64,000 nt of DNA. Origin: an uncultured Trueperaceae bacterium. GTDB taxonomy: Bacteria > Deinococcota > Deinococci > Deinococcales > Trueperaceae. The translations under genes were made by a program, and so were the position numbers. This document shows, piece by piece, positions 30,721 through 40,567 of this stretch. The stretch spans positions 864,001 through 928,000 of the forward strand of contig CAVSGP010000004.1 of NCBI GenBank assembly GCA_963727505.1, given 5' to 3'. The notes under the pieces are model-generated. The model did not search any database. It was given only the letters and a program-made list of their open reading frames with translations, and was not told the DNA's origin. Each line of letters begins with the position of its first letter. Positions within the stretch are counted from its first letter, which is position 1.

Positions 30721-32001
30721 TCACTGGGCCGCCTTGGGCGCAGCCTGCGCGGCCTGGTCGGTACTGACGGAGCCGTAGGCGTTGCCCCAACTGTTGCGGA
30801 TGTAGGTCGCCACGTCGGCCAGCTCCTTGGCGGTGTACGACGGGTGCGGCGGCATCGTGCCCTTGCCGTCGAAGATGCGCTGCACGACCGCAGCCGGGTC
30901 GCTCAGGAAGCTGTTGCCGGCCAGCGCCGGGAAGGTCGGCGGCATGCCCGCGCCGTTGGGCTGGTGGCAGGCCACGCAGTCGGCGGTGTAGAGCTTCTCG
31001 CCGGCCTGCATGGCATCCGATCCAGCGGCGGCCGAGGCGCTTGCGGGTGCGGTGGACGTGCTTCCGGACGCCGCGCCCGAGCCATTCGTGGACTCAGACG
31101 GTGCGGCGGCCGACGACGTCGTGCTCGACGACGAGGCACCGGACGACGAGGCACCGGACGACGAGGCACCCGACGACGAGGGGGTCGAGGACGCTCCCGC
31201 AGAAGCTCCCGACGTCGTCCCTCCGCCGGCGCTCGCCTGCGGCGCGGCGGCCGCGGCGTCATCGACGCTCACGCCGCCGTAGCTGTTGCCCCAGGTGTTG
31301 CGGACGTAGGTCGCCACCGCCGCGAGCTGCGTGGCGGTGTAGGAGTGATGGGAGGGCATGGCGCCGGAACCGTCGTAGATGCGCTTGACGGTCGCCGCGG
31401 CGCCACTCAGGAAGCTGTTGCCGGCCAATGCCGGGAAGGTGGGCGGCATGCCCTGACCGCTGGGCTTGTGGCAACTCGCGCAGTCCGAGGTGTAGAGCTG
31501 ATCGCCGGTCTTCAGCAGCGCCTGGTCGACCGGCGGACCGGCGGCCTGGGATCCGGCGGCCGCCTCACTGGGCGCCGGCACCAGGCTGCTGTAGATGGGC
31601 ACCACCATGAAGAACACCCAGATCCCACCGAGGATCAGCACGGTGGCGAGCACGTAGAGCCAGTTCGCCGGGCCCCCAACGGGAGTCGGCGGGGGCGGCG
31701 GCACCGCGGCCGTGACCACATCGACGTCGACGCGGCCCGTCACGGTGGCGCCGGGCTCGAGCCCCTGGACCTCGAGGCCGGGGCCGTGCTCGACGGTGAA
31801 GGGGATGGTCCTCTCTTGCCTCCGCCCGGCGGCGTCGACACGCACCAAACGGAGCCTGTGCTCCCCCTCCCCCAGCGCCGCCGTGTCGAGTTGGAAGCGG
31901 AAGGGCGGGGCGGTCAGGACCTGGACCGCCTCCGGCCGACCGTCGAGGTACACCTCGACGCGGACGGCCGCGTCGGACGAACTGGAGCCTTGTCCACTCA
32001 C
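30721..32001 (-). CDS. fbcC: Diheme cytochrome c (FbcC-like) with N-terminal beta-sandwich domain
   Basis: CASCH and CVACH heme motifs each followed by MP; one TM helix; RBS GGGGAGG before GTG 32001. Confidence 0.85.
   Translation of the reverse strand: MSGQGSSSSDAAVRVEVYLDGRPEAVQVLTAPPFRFQLDTAALGEGEHRLRLVRVDAAGRRQERTIPFTVEHGPGLEVQGLEPGATVTGRVDVDVVTAAVPPPPPTPVGGPANWLYVLATVLILGGIWVFFMVVPIYSSLVPAPSEAAAGSQAAGPPVDQALLKTGDQLYTSDCASCHKPSGQGMPPTFPALAGNSFLSGAAATVKRIYDGSGAMPSHHSYTATQLAAVATYVRNTWGNSYGGVSVDDAAAAAPQASAGGGTTSGASAGASSTPSSSGASSSGASSSGASSSSTTSSAAAPSESTNGSGAASGSTSTAPASASAAAGSDAMQAGEKLYTADCVACHQPNGAGMPPTFPALAGNSFLSDPAAVVQRIFDGKGTMPPHPSYTAKELADVATYIRNSWGNAYGSVSTDQAAQAAPKAAQ
31127..31181. repeat. 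15-bp tandem repeat encoding the SSSGA linker in fbcC
   Basis: GACGACGAGGCACCG x ~3.7. Confidence 0.85.
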
Positions 32002-32391
32002 GACAGATTTCCTCCCCACGCTGAAAGCTTGCGCGTCAGCAGGTTCTCGTAGGCCGAGGGCGTCGACGATACCGCGCTGACGGTGCGCCCACTTCGGCAC
32101 TCCTTGGGCGACCCGACCGGAAGCACGGGCCGCTCGCCCGGGCATCGCCGCACCTCGTGGCGCCGCGACTCATGGTGGGGTCGGGGCTCAAGCATGGCCG
32201 TAGTCTAAAGGCAGACGGACCGTATGTGGCATCCCTTCGAGCTCCTTCGTTGACATCGTCGCCGTGCCGGCCGCGCGTTCGCCGCTGGGCGCCTGCGGTC
32301 CTCGAGGAGCCGGACCCGCCTTTCGAGTACCGCTTCGAGGACCTGCCGCACTGCGCGACGACGGCGCGCGCCCGGCAGGAGCCTACCTCAC

Positions 32392-32422
32392 GGGACGAAC
32401 GTCCCCATGGGGCAAATGTCCC
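32392..32422. promoter_or_regulatory. Tandem GGGAC-N4-GTCCC-type boxes
   Basis: GGGACGAACGTCCC (32392-32405) and GGGGCAAATGTCCC (32409-32422), next to a minus-strand TAGGCT at 32380-32385. Confidence 0.5.
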
Positions 32423-32524
32423 TCCGTCGCGAGCACCGGTACGCGGCGTCTCCGCCGGCCACGTCACGGTAACCGAGGTCACCGATGCCACCCCCGCCGC
32501 GCCCCCGGCGAGGCACACTGGAGC

Positions 32525-32941
32525 ATGGCTCCGACGCCGGACGCGCTTCCCATCGATTTCGAGACCATCAGCCGACGACTCCACGACCTGTCGATCCCGG
32601 CGGTGGACGTGGTGGTGGGGATCGCCTCCGGTGGCACGGTCCCGGCTTCGCTCCTGGCGCACCAGCTGCGTAAGCCGCTGGCGTTGGTGACGATCAACTT
32701 CCGCGCCCCGGACAACGCGCCGCAGCGGCCCGCGCCGGAGCTCCTGAGCGAGGTGCCCGACCTGCCTGCCGGCAGTCACCTGCTCCTGGTGGACGAGGCG
32801 AGCGTGACCGGCGCCACGCTCGCGACAGCGCGGACACTGTTCGCGGACCACCCCGTCACCACGCTCGTGCTCAAGGGCAAGGGGGACCTGGTGGCCTTCC
32901 CGGAGGTCCGCACCTGCGTGGCGTGGCCCTGGAAGCGCTGA
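32525..32941 (+). CDS. Phosphoribosyltransferase family protein
   Basis: VVGIASGG.VPA and PRPP loop LLLVDEASVTGATL. Confidence 0.85.
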   Translation: MAPTPDALPIDFETISRRLHDLSIPAVDVVVGIASGGTVPASLLAHQLRKPLALVTINFRAPDNAPQRPAPELLSEVPDLPAGSHLLLVDEASVTGATLATARTLFADHPVTTLVLKGKGDLVAFPEVRTCVAWPWKR

Positions 32942-33140
32942 CAAGCGGAAGGCAGTCCAGCACGACAACCGAAGGACGACGTCGGGCGCGCTACGTTGCC
33001 TGCGTCACCGGCCCGACGCTTCAGTCCGGGACAATTGCACGTTGCAGGGCGCCGGGCCGTGGCAGGTAGGCCTCGTCCGCCCGGCGGCATCGACCCAGAC
33101 GGGACCGCGTCCCGCTACATCGACCTGGAAGGAGCCCATC

Positions 33141-33644
33141 ATGGCGTCCGCCACGACGAGCCAGACAGGATCCAACCTCAACCAGGAACTCGTGCGTCCG
33201 GCCCTGCTGGGCCTCATGGACGGCACCGTCTCCACGCTGGCACCGATCTTCGCCGCCGCGCAGCTCACGAGCAGCATCCACGTGTTCTGGGTAGGGTTGG
33301 CGGCGGCGACCGGAGCCGGTCTGAGCATGGGGCTGGCCGAGGCCCTCTCGCACGGTCCCGACGAGAAGATGGACGTCGCACCGGGGTGGAAGGGGGTCAC
33401 CACCGGCCTCGGCACCACCCTCGGCGGGATCTTCCACAGCTTGCCCTTCCTCATCCCCAACCTCACCCTGGCCCTGATCATCGCCTACATCGTGGTGGGC
33501 GCCGAGTTGCTGGTGATCTCGGCCATCCGCTGGCGCTACCTCAAGTTCCCCCTTTGGAGGACGCTCGTCCTCGTCGTCGGCGGAGGCATCCTGGTGTTCT
33601 TCCTCGGGATCTTCCTGGGCAGCATCGGCAGCGGCGCCATCTGA
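33141..33644 (+). CDS. VIT1/CCC1 family metal transporter
   Basis: LGLMDGTVSTLAP, GLSMGLAEALS, H.LPF motifs; RBS GAAGGAG. Confidence 0.85.
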   Translation: MASATTSQTGSNLNQELVRPALLGLMDGTVSTLAPIFAAAQLTSSIHVFWVGLAAATGAGLSMGLAEALSHGPDEKMDVAPGWKGVTTGLGTTLGGIFHSLPFLIPNLTLALIIAYIVVGAELLVISAIRWRYLKFPLWRTLVLVVGGGILVFFLGIFLGSIGSGAI

Positions 33645-33669
33645 AGCCAACATCCAGAAGGAAAAGGTC

Positions 33670-33695
33670 GCGCCGGCCTCGTTCGAGGCCGGCGC
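33670..33695. terminator. Intrinsic terminator hairpin between convergent genes
   Basis: 12-bp perfect inverted repeat GCGCCGGCCTCG/CGAGGCCGGCGC, preceded by AAAA (U-tract on minus). Confidence 0.7.
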
Positions 33696-33746
33696 CTTCG
33701 TCGCAGCCGCACCAGCGTGGGGGCGGCCGCGCTCGCCGGCCGCGCC

Positions 33747-34619
33747 TCAGCTCAAAGGCACGATCCGCACGGCGTTGTCGTTGAACAGCGGGATCAGGAG
33801 CAGGTTGCGGGAGCTGTCATAGCCGATGTCAGCCGGCGCCGGCGCGTCGGAAGCGACGGTGACGGACGACCCGTCGGGCGACACCCGCACCACCGAGGAC
33901 GAAGCCCAGCTCGACACCAGCACGTCGCCACCCGGTAGCAGCACCACTCCGTCGAGCTGCCGGACCGGCAGCGCCCGGCGGCTCGTGACGCTTCCGCCCT
34001 GCACCTCGTACATCGCCTTCGAGCCCCCGAACGGCACCACCAGCAGCGCGCCCGACGGAAGCACCGTCACGCCGTTGGGATGGTCCAGCTCGGGTCCGCC
34101 GATGACCGGCTGCAGCTCGCCGTCCCGGTAGCGGTAGATGGCGTCGGTCCCGGTCGCCTGGAACTGCGGGTCCAGCCCGGAGTCCGTGACGTACACGGCG
34201 CCGTCGGGCCCCGCCGCCACGTCGTTGAGGAAGGTACTCCCCGGCACCGCGACCGACCCCACGGGTTCTCCGCTCGACGCGTCGAACATCCGCAGCTCGG
34301 TGATGTCGGCGACGTACAGCACGCCGCCCGTGATGGCCATGCCCTTGGGCCCGTCGAGCGCGACACCCGCCGCGCCACCGTCGATCCACTTCAGATCGAG
34401 GACGCTGCCGTCCGGCGCCAGCCTGCTGATGAAGCCGTTACCGTCCTTGTCGAGCGGCGCGCCGTTGATGTTGGAAACGAGATAGACGTCGTCACCCGGA
34501 ACGTAGAGCACCGACTCCGGCGTGGCGAGCCCGATGTCGTGGAGGGTGTCCGGCGCCTGCGCCACCGCCAGCCCCAGGAGCGCCAGGGCGACAACCGCCC
34601 CCATCCGACGAACGATCAT
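33747..34619 (-). CDS. Exported SMP-30/gluconolactonase-like beta-propeller protein
   Basis: Signal peptide; TPESVL, KDGNGFISR, PKGM, FLNDV, PNG, ADIG motifs. Confidence 0.85.
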   Translation of the reverse strand: MIVRRMGAVVALALLGLAVAQAPDTLHDIGLATPESVLYVPGDDVYLVSNINGAPLDKDGNGFISRLAPDGSVLDLKWIDGGAAGVALDGPKGMAITGGVLYVADITELRMFDASSGEPVGSVAVPGSTFLNDVAAGPDGAVYVTDSGLDPQFQATGTDAIYRYRDGELQPVIGGPELDHPNGVTVLPSGALLVVPFGGSKAMYEVQGGSVTSRRALPVRQLDGVVLLPGGDVLVSSWASSSVVRVSPDGSSVTVASDAPAPADIGYDSSRNLLLIPLFNDNAVRIVPLS

Positions 34620-34925
34620 GGTGTACCTCCCGTTCCACGAGAAGAGCCCGGGCGCGAAGTGAGAGACGTCGCCGGCACCCCGCCCCGATGGTCTCGGGGC
34701 AGGGGGCCCCGTTGGGATGCCGCCCGACGCTGCCCAGCCTAGCGGCCGCCCGCGTCGTGGGCAAGCGCGACCGCACCGCGTCCGACAGGCGGCCGTCGGG
34801 GGCGCATGCGATTGCGCTAACGGCGTCCACGGGCCTACCCTGCGGGTGAAGGAGACGGCATGGCGCGGCAGCCAGGGACCGCGGAACGCCGCGATGGCCG
34901 GGCCACCGGGGCCCGAGGAGGCAGC

Positions 34926-35939
34926 ATGAACACCGTCCGCTGGGGCATCATCGGCTGTGGCAACGTCACCGAGGTCAAGAGCGGGCCCGGCTTCCAGAAG
35001 GCGCGGGGCTCGAGCCTGGTCGCCGTGATGCGCAGGAACGGCGCCCTTGCCGAGGACTACGCGCGCCGCCACGGCGTGCCCCGCTTCTACGACGATGCCG
35101 AAGCTCTGATCCAGGACCCCGATGTGGACGCGGTCTACGTTGCGACGCCGCCGTCCAGCCATCGCCTCTACACCGAGATGGCCGTGGCGCGAGGCAAGCC
35201 CGTCTACGTCGAGAAGCCCATGGCGACGACCGGTGCCGACGGCGAAGCCATGCGCTCGGCCTGCGCCGAGGCGGGCGTGCCGCTGTTCGTGGCCTATTAC
35301 CGGCGCGCCCTGCCGCGCTTCCTCCAGGTCCAGGCACTCCTCGCAGACGGCGCCATCGGCGATCCGGTGGCGGTGGTGGTCACGCACCTCAGCCCGCCGG
35401 CCGACAGCGAGAGCGCGGCACTCGCTGGCTGGCGCGTATCCCCCGAGATCGCAGGAGGCGGGTACTTCGTCGACCTGGGGAGCCACACCCTCGACCTGCT
35501 CGACTTCCTGCTGGGGCCCGTGCAGCGGGCGGACGGGAGCGCGGCCAACCGTGCGGGCCTATACCCGGCCGAGGACCTGGTCACCGCCCGGCTCACCTTC
35601 GCGTCCGGCGTCCAGGGCGTGGGCGTGTGGTCGTTCAGCGCCGCAGAGCGTCGCGAGCAGGTCGAGATCTTCGGCACGCGCGGCACATTGCGCTTCTCCG
35701 TGTTCGCCGATGCACCCGTAGCGCTCAGCCGCCAGGGGGTCGAGGAGCTCCTGCCCCTCGTGCCCCACCCGCCGCACGTGCAGCAGCCGCTGATCCAGAC
35801 GGTGGTGAACGCACTCACGGGGAGCGGCACCTGCCCCAGCACCGGCGAGAGCGCCGCACGCACCAGCCACGTCATCGACCGTTTGCTGGCCGACCACCGC
35901 GCCGCGCTCCGCACCGACGGCGCACCGGCAGCGTCCTGA
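34926..35939 (+). CDS. Gfo/Idh/MocA family oxidoreductase
   Basis: WGIIGCG, VYVATPP..H, VEKP, GGG.FVDLGSH motifs. Confidence 0.92.
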   Translation: MNTVRWGIIGCGNVTEVKSGPGFQKARGSSLVAVMRRNGALAEDYARRHGVPRFYDDAEALIQDPDVDAVYVATPPSSHRLYTEMAVARGKPVYVEKPMATTGADGEAMRSACAEAGVPLFVAYYRRALPRFLQVQALLADGAIGDPVAVVVTHLSPPADSESAALAGWRVSPEIAGGGYFVDLGSHTLDLLDFLLGPVQRADGSAANRAGLYPAEDLVTARLTFASGVQGVGVWSFSAAERREQVEIFGTRGTLRFSVFADAPVALSRQGVEELLPLVPHPPHVQQPLIQTVVNALTGSGTCPSTGESAARTSHVIDRLLADHRAALRTDGAPAAS

Positions 35940-36125
35940 CGAGCACCGTCCCGACGAACGGCATCCAGGTCACGTCCTCCTCACGGATCGGCGCTACGCT
36001 CGTCTGCGGGCCGGCGGCGGATTCGCAGGCCCCGGCCTGTCCGACGGGCCCGGGTCGCACGACGGACCCGCCCCCACGGCTCCATGCCCTCGTTCGGCGC
36101 CCGCAAGGCGCAAAGAGGAGCGCTC

Positions 36126-36908
36126 ATGCAGATCCGACTGGACGGCAAACGAGCCCTCGTGACCGGTGCCAACAGCGGCATCGGCGCGGCCATCGCCGAG
36201 GCCCTCGGCGAGGCCGGCGCACGCGTGGCCATCAACTTCCTCGAGGGCCAGGACGCAGCCGACGGGGTCGCCGAGCGTGTTCGTAAGGCGGGCGGTGAGG
36301 CTCTCACGGTCCAGGCCGACGTGGCGTCGACCGAAGGCGTGGACGCCATGTACGAACGCCTCGACGAAGCCTGGGGAGGCATCGACATCCTGGTGAACAA
36401 CGCCGGAATCGACGGCGCTCGCGCCGAGGCGTGGCAGAGCGAGCCGGACGCTTGGCGCAAGGTGATCGACGTCAACCTCTTCGGCGCCTTCAACTGCGCG
36501 CGCCAGGCCCTGAAGCGCATGATCCCCGCCGGGAGCGGCGTGGTGCTCACCATCACTTCCGTGCACGAAGTCATCCCCTGGAGCGGCTACAGCGCCTACA
36601 CGGCGGCCAAGGCGGGAGCCGGGATGATGACGCGCACCCTCGCTCAGGAGGCCGCGCCGCACGGCGTGCGCGTCCTGGCGCTGGCGCCGGGCGCCGTCAA
36701 GACCGCCATCAACAAGTCGGTATGGAGCGATCCCGGCGCGCTGTCCGATCTGCTGGACAAGATCCCGCTCAATCGCCTGGGCGACCCGGCGGACATCGCG
36801 CGCATGGCGACCGTGCTGGTCTCCGACGCGGCCGGTTACGTCACCGGCACCACCATCTTCGTGGACGGCGCGATGACCGACTACCCCGACTTCGCGCACG
36901 GTGGCTGA
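36126..36908 (+). CDS. SDR oxidoreductase (glucose 1-dehydrogenase-like)
   Basis: TGANSGIG, NNAG, SVHEVIPW, YTAAK, PGA.KT.IN motifs. Confidence 0.9.
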   Translation: MQIRLDGKRALVTGANSGIGAAIAEALGEAGARVAINFLEGQDAADGVAERVRKAGGEALTVQADVASTEGVDAMYERLDEAWGGIDILVNNAGIDGARAEAWQSEPDAWRKVIDVNLFGAFNCARQALKRMIPAGSGVVLTITSVHEVIPWSGYSAYTAAKAGAGMMTRTLAQEAAPHGVRVLALAPGAVKTAINKSVWSDPGALSDLLDKIPLNRLGDPADIARMATVLVSDAAGYVTGTTIFVDGAMTDYPDFAHGG

Positions 36909-36940
36909 TCCCGTGGCTGATCCCGTGGCTGATCCCGTGG
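36901..36940. repeat. 12-bp tandem repeat at the SDR/GH15 junction
   Basis: GTGGCTGATCCC x3 plus GTGG. Confidence 0.9.
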
Positions 36941-39264
36941 ACGCCCCCGGTGCGCCCGGTATCGCCCCGACCTGGACCTCGAGCGCCAAGGACCTCGTCA
37001 CCACGGCGCTCGGACCCTCCAGGCTGTGGGCCACGCTCGGTCACGGCATCGTCAACGAGGTCTACTATCCGACCACGGGCCAGCCTCAGGTCCGCGATCT
37101 GGGCTTCATCGTGGCCGGTGAGGACGGCTGGTGGGAGATCAAGCGCGTGGCCCGCTACCGCATCGCTACGCCGGCTCCGACCGTCCCGCTGCCCACGTTC
37201 CATCATGAGCACGAACGCTACCAGCTCGAGCTCGAGGTGCTCCCCGACCCCGAGCGCGAGGCCCTGCTGGTGCGCTACCACCTCGAGGGTCGAGGCATGC
37301 GGCTCTACCCGTTGCTCGCCCCGCACCTCGGCGCCAACGGCGCCGACAACGACGCCTGGCTCGGGGCCTCCGGCGCGCTCTGTGCCCGGGGCGGCGACGA
37401 GGCGCTCGCGCTCGTGTCCGATGCCGGTTTCGCACGCAGAAGCGCAGGCTACGTCGGCACCTCGGACGGCTGGCAGGACTTCGCGCGCAACGGCGCCATG
37501 ACCTGGGGCTACCAGGCGGCCCGGCACGGCAACGTGGCGCTCATGGGCGAGCTGCCGGCAGCAGAGGGCGTGCTAGCGCTGGGCCTCGCCGAGACCGTGG
37601 AGGGCGCCTTGACCCGCGCGCGCTCCAGCCTGGCCATGGGGTTCGACCATGCACGCCGCGTCTTCGTCGATGCCTGGACCGGCTGGGGCGAGACCTTGAC
37701 GACACCCTCGCTGCCCGACGATCTAGCGCACGAGGCGCTGCTATCGGCGACGGTCCTCAAGGTCCATGAGGACAAGGCCTACCCGGGTGCGGTGGTGGCC
37801 AGTCTCAGCATCCCGTGGGGCAACGCCCGCGACGACCTCGGCGGCTACCACCTGGTGTGGCCGCGCGACGCCGTCGAGACCGGCCTCGGCCTGCTGGCGG
37901 CCGGCCAACGCGGCGACGCTCGCCGCATGCTGGCCTACCTGATCGGCACCCAGAAGCGCGATGGCCACTGGACGCAGAACATGTTCCCCGACGCGCGACC
38001 GTTCTGGTCAGGGGTGCAGCTCGACGAGGTAGGTTTCCCGCTGCTGCTCGCCGCCAAGCTGCGGGAGGAGGACGCCCTCGACGGGCTACAGGGCGTGGAG
38101 GCGATGGCACGCGCCGCGGCCGGCTTCGTGGCACGTCATGGCCCGCTCACGCCGCAGGACCGCTGGGAGGAGAACGGCGGCGCCAATCCCTTCACCATGG
38201 CGGTCGAAGTCGCGGCGCTCGTGGCTTCGAGCGCGTTCCTGGAGGCGGACGAGAGCGCTTACGCGCTCTCGCTGGCCGACAGCTGGAACGAACGCATCGA
38301 GGACCTCACCTACGTCGTCGACGGCCCGCTAGCGGCGCACCACGAGATCGCTGGCTACTACCTGCGCATCGCGCCCCCGCTGTCCGCCGGCGGGCTGCGC
38401 GGCCGGATCGAGGTGCGCAACCGCGTCGACGACAGCCTCGAGGCCGCTCGTCTGGTGAGCCTTGACTACCTGGCGCTGGTGCGCCTCGGACTGCGTGCCG
38501 CCGACGATCCGCGCATCGTGGACACCACCAAGCTGGTCGACCGGATGCTGGCCGTCCCGCTCCCCACCGGCACCGCCTACCACCGCTACAACGACGACGG
38601 CTACGGCGAACACCCCGATGGCAGCCCCTTCGACGGGACCGGCGTCGGCCGCGCCTGGCCGCTGCTGGCCGGCGAACGCGCCCACCTGGCCCTGCAACAA
38701 GGTGAAGATCCGCTGCCCGCACTTCGCGCCATGGCCGCCATGTCCGGTCCCGCGGGCCTCATCCCCGAACAGGTGTGGGACGCGGACCCCATCCCGGAAC
38801 GCTTCCTCGAGCCCGGCAAGCCGTCGGGCAGCGCCATGCCGCTGGTATGGGCGCACGCGGAGTTCGTCAAGCTGGCGTTCGCGCGCGACGCCGGCCGGCC
38901 GCTCGAGCTGCTCGACGCCGTGGTCGATCGCTACCACGGCACGAGGCCACAGGCCGCCTGCTGGCACTGGCGCGACGCCGTTCCCTTCGACGCCCTCCCA
39001 AGGGGTCGGGCATTGCAAGTCGAGCGCCCCTCCCCCTTCACGTTGCACCTGGGCTTCGACGGATGGAACGTACCTCACGACCGCGCGGCCGTTGCGCTGC
39101 CGTTCGGGATGTACGGGGTGCGGCTCGACGCCGACGAGCTGGTGGGGCGCACGACGCTCGAGTTCACGCTGCGCGACGAGGCGTCCGGCGCATGGTCGCC
39201 CGACCGGCAGATCCGGCTGGACGCCGCGGGCCCGCGAGGAAGCATGGAACAGACGGCGGCTTAG
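36901..39264 (+). CDS. Glycoside hydrolase family 15 (glucoamylase/glucodextranase-like)
   Basis: APGIAPTWTSSAKD, VASLSIPWG, GYHLVWPRD, QLDE, RWEE, IPEQVWD, SAMPLVWAHAE motifs. Confidence 0.92.
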   Translation: MADPVADPVADPVDAPGAPGIAPTWTSSAKDLVTTALGPSRLWATLGHGIVNEVYYPTTGQPQVRDLGFIVAGEDGWWEIKRVARYRIATPAPTVPLPTFHHEHERYQLELEVLPDPEREALLVRYHLEGRGMRLYPLLAPHLGANGADNDAWLGASGALCARGGDEALALVSDAGFARRSAGYVGTSDGWQDFARNGAMTWGYQAARHGNVALMGELPAAEGVLALGLAETVEGALTRARSSLAMGFDHARRVFVDAWTGWGETLTTPSLPDDLAHEALLSATVLKVHEDKAYPGAVVASLSIPWGNARDDLGGYHLVWPRDAVETGLGLLAAGQRGDARRMLAYLIGTQKRDGHWTQNMFPDARPFWSGVQLDEVGFPLLLAAKLREEDALDGLQGVEAMARAAAGFVARHGPLTPQDRWEENGGANPFTMAVEVAALVASSAFLEADESAYALSLADSWNERIEDLTYVVDGPLAAHHEIAGYYLRIAPPLSAGGLRGRIEVRNRVDDSLEAARLVSLDYLALVRLGLRAADDPRIVDTTKLVDRMLAVPLPTGTAYHRYNDDGYGEHPDGSPFDGTGVGRAWPLLAGERAHLALQQGEDPLPALRAMAAMSGPAGLIPEQVWDADPIPERFLEPGKPSGSAMPLVWAHAEFVKLAFARDAGRPLELLDAVVDRYHGTRPQAACWHWRDAVPFDALPRGRALQVERPSPFTLHLGFDGWNVPHDRAAVALPFGMYGVRLDADELVGRTTLEFTLRDEASGAWSPDRQIRLDAAGPRGSMEQTAA

Positions 39265-39430
39265 AACACGCAACCTGACACACCGGCGGACGGCCGGGGG
39301 CCTGCACGACTCCTGCACGCAACGCAGCTTCCCCGTGCACGGCCACCCGGCATGGTGGGCTCAGGCGTCCTGGCGGACGCCCTGTCACACGCGGCGCGGC
39401 GCCCACGCCCGCCGCCGGAAGGAGCCTTCC

Positions 39431-40255
39431 ATGGTCCGATCGCTACGGCGCGGCGCCACCGCCGCACTTGCCACCGCCGTCCTCCTGGTGCCCTCGCTAG
39501 CCGCCGCCCAGTCCGGTTCGAACCCGTCCGGCTCGAACACGTCCGGCTCGAACACGACGGGCACGAACACGACGGGCACGAACACGACCGGCACGAACAC
39601 GGCCGGGCCGAACACGGCGGGGCCGAACCAGCCCACGACCCCGAACGCGCCCTCGACGTCGTCCCGAACGCTGGCGCAACTGGAGCGGGAAGCACTCCGA
39701 CTCACGCTCATCGCCCGCCTCCCGGCCGCCGACCGGCCGCAGGCCGGGCAGCTGCTCGACCGCGCCGACGCTCTGCGGCAGCGTGCCACAGACATGAGGC
39801 GTCAAGAGCTGCAGGCGTACGTCGACGCCCTCCAGGCTGGAGCCACACCGACCGACGCACGCACGCAGGCGCAGAAGAAGGTTGCCGGGGAACGCTCCAG
39901 CCTGGCGCAGGACGAGGCGACCCTCCGTACCGACGCGCAGACCTTCGTTCAGAAGGTTCCGCAGGCAAGGGCGCTGCTACGTAACCTGAGCCCGGGTCGA
40001 AGCGCGCGGACGCAGACCCTCGGCCGCGGGTTCGGTTCCGGGCAGGGCTGGGGGCAGGGACGCAGCATGGGCCAGGGTATGAACCGCAAGGGCATGGACC
40101 GCGGCTGGATGGGCCCGGACCGCAACGCTCCCTGGCAGCGTCCCGGCACGGGACCCCGCAACAGTCCCCCCCAGAACGGAACGCCACCGACAACACCCCG
40201 GTCAACGCCACCGAGCAGCACCCCGCCCGCTGGAACCGGAACCGGCGGCGCCTGA
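39431..40255 (+). CDS. Exported low-complexity helical protein
   Basis: RBS GAAGGAG; signal peptide ending AAA-Q; NT[S/T/A]G[S/T/P] repeats, helical core, Gly/Met- and Pro/Thr-rich tail. Confidence 0.75.
   Translation: MVRSLRRGATAALATAVLLVPSLAAAQSGSNPSGSNTSGSNTTGTNTTGTNTTGTNTAGPNTAGPNQPTTPNAPSTSSRTLAQLEREALRLTLIARLPAADRPQAGQLLDRADALRQRATDMRRQELQAYVDALQAGATPTDARTQAQKKVAGERSSLAQDEATLRTDAQTFVQKVPQARALLRNLSPGRSARTQTLGRGFGSGQGWGQGRSMGQGMNRKGMDRGWMGPDRNAPWQRPGTGPRNSPPQNGTPPTTPRSTPPSSTPPAGTGTGGA
39511..39629. repeat. Degenerate 15-bp tandem repeat (about 8 units)
   Basis: Units such as GAACACGACGGGCAC encoding NTTGT-like pentapeptides. Confidence 0.85.
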
Positions 40256-40459
40256 GACCGCGATCCCGCAGCGCGGCCGCCTCGCCACGCCCGATGCGCG
40301 GGACTACACGCGCGCGGAGCCGCGCACGCAACCCCTTCGCACGAACGATGCCGGCGTCCCATCGACGCCGGCATCGTCTTCGTCGCGTGCGACGCCGTCG
40401 CACCCGCCCGCCCGTTCGACCCCGATGGCAGAACCGACGTCCGGCAGGGCTGCGGACCC

Positions 40460-40567
40460 TACAAGTGGAGGGCCCCCGCTTTCGCGGGGGCCCGGGACGG
40501 AATCGTCCACCATCCACACCTTAGGAGGGGTATGAAGAGAGGTTGCCACGCTCGTTGGCAGCCACGA
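40460..40567 (-). ncRNA. Candidate small RNA with CU-rich anti-SD-like core
   Basis: TATCCT -10 (40573-40578), 5' hairpin, UCUCUUCAUACCCCUCCUAAGGUGUGGA core and 3' hairpin; core repeated at 23501-23526. Confidence 0.45.
40470..40493. terminator. GC-rich hairpin (terminator-like)
   Basis: GGGCCCCCGC-tttc-GCGGGGGCCC perfect 10-bp stem. Confidence 0.65.

Noticed and set aside
33101..33113. GGGAC-CGC-GTCCC upstream of the VIT1 gene as another DosR-like box
   Set aside because: Spacer is 3 rather than 4 bp and GC-rich; more likely a small hairpin or chance.
39511..39629. Repeat array considered as CRISPR
   Set aside because: Contiguous in-frame 15-bp units inside a coding region, no spacers, no cas genes.
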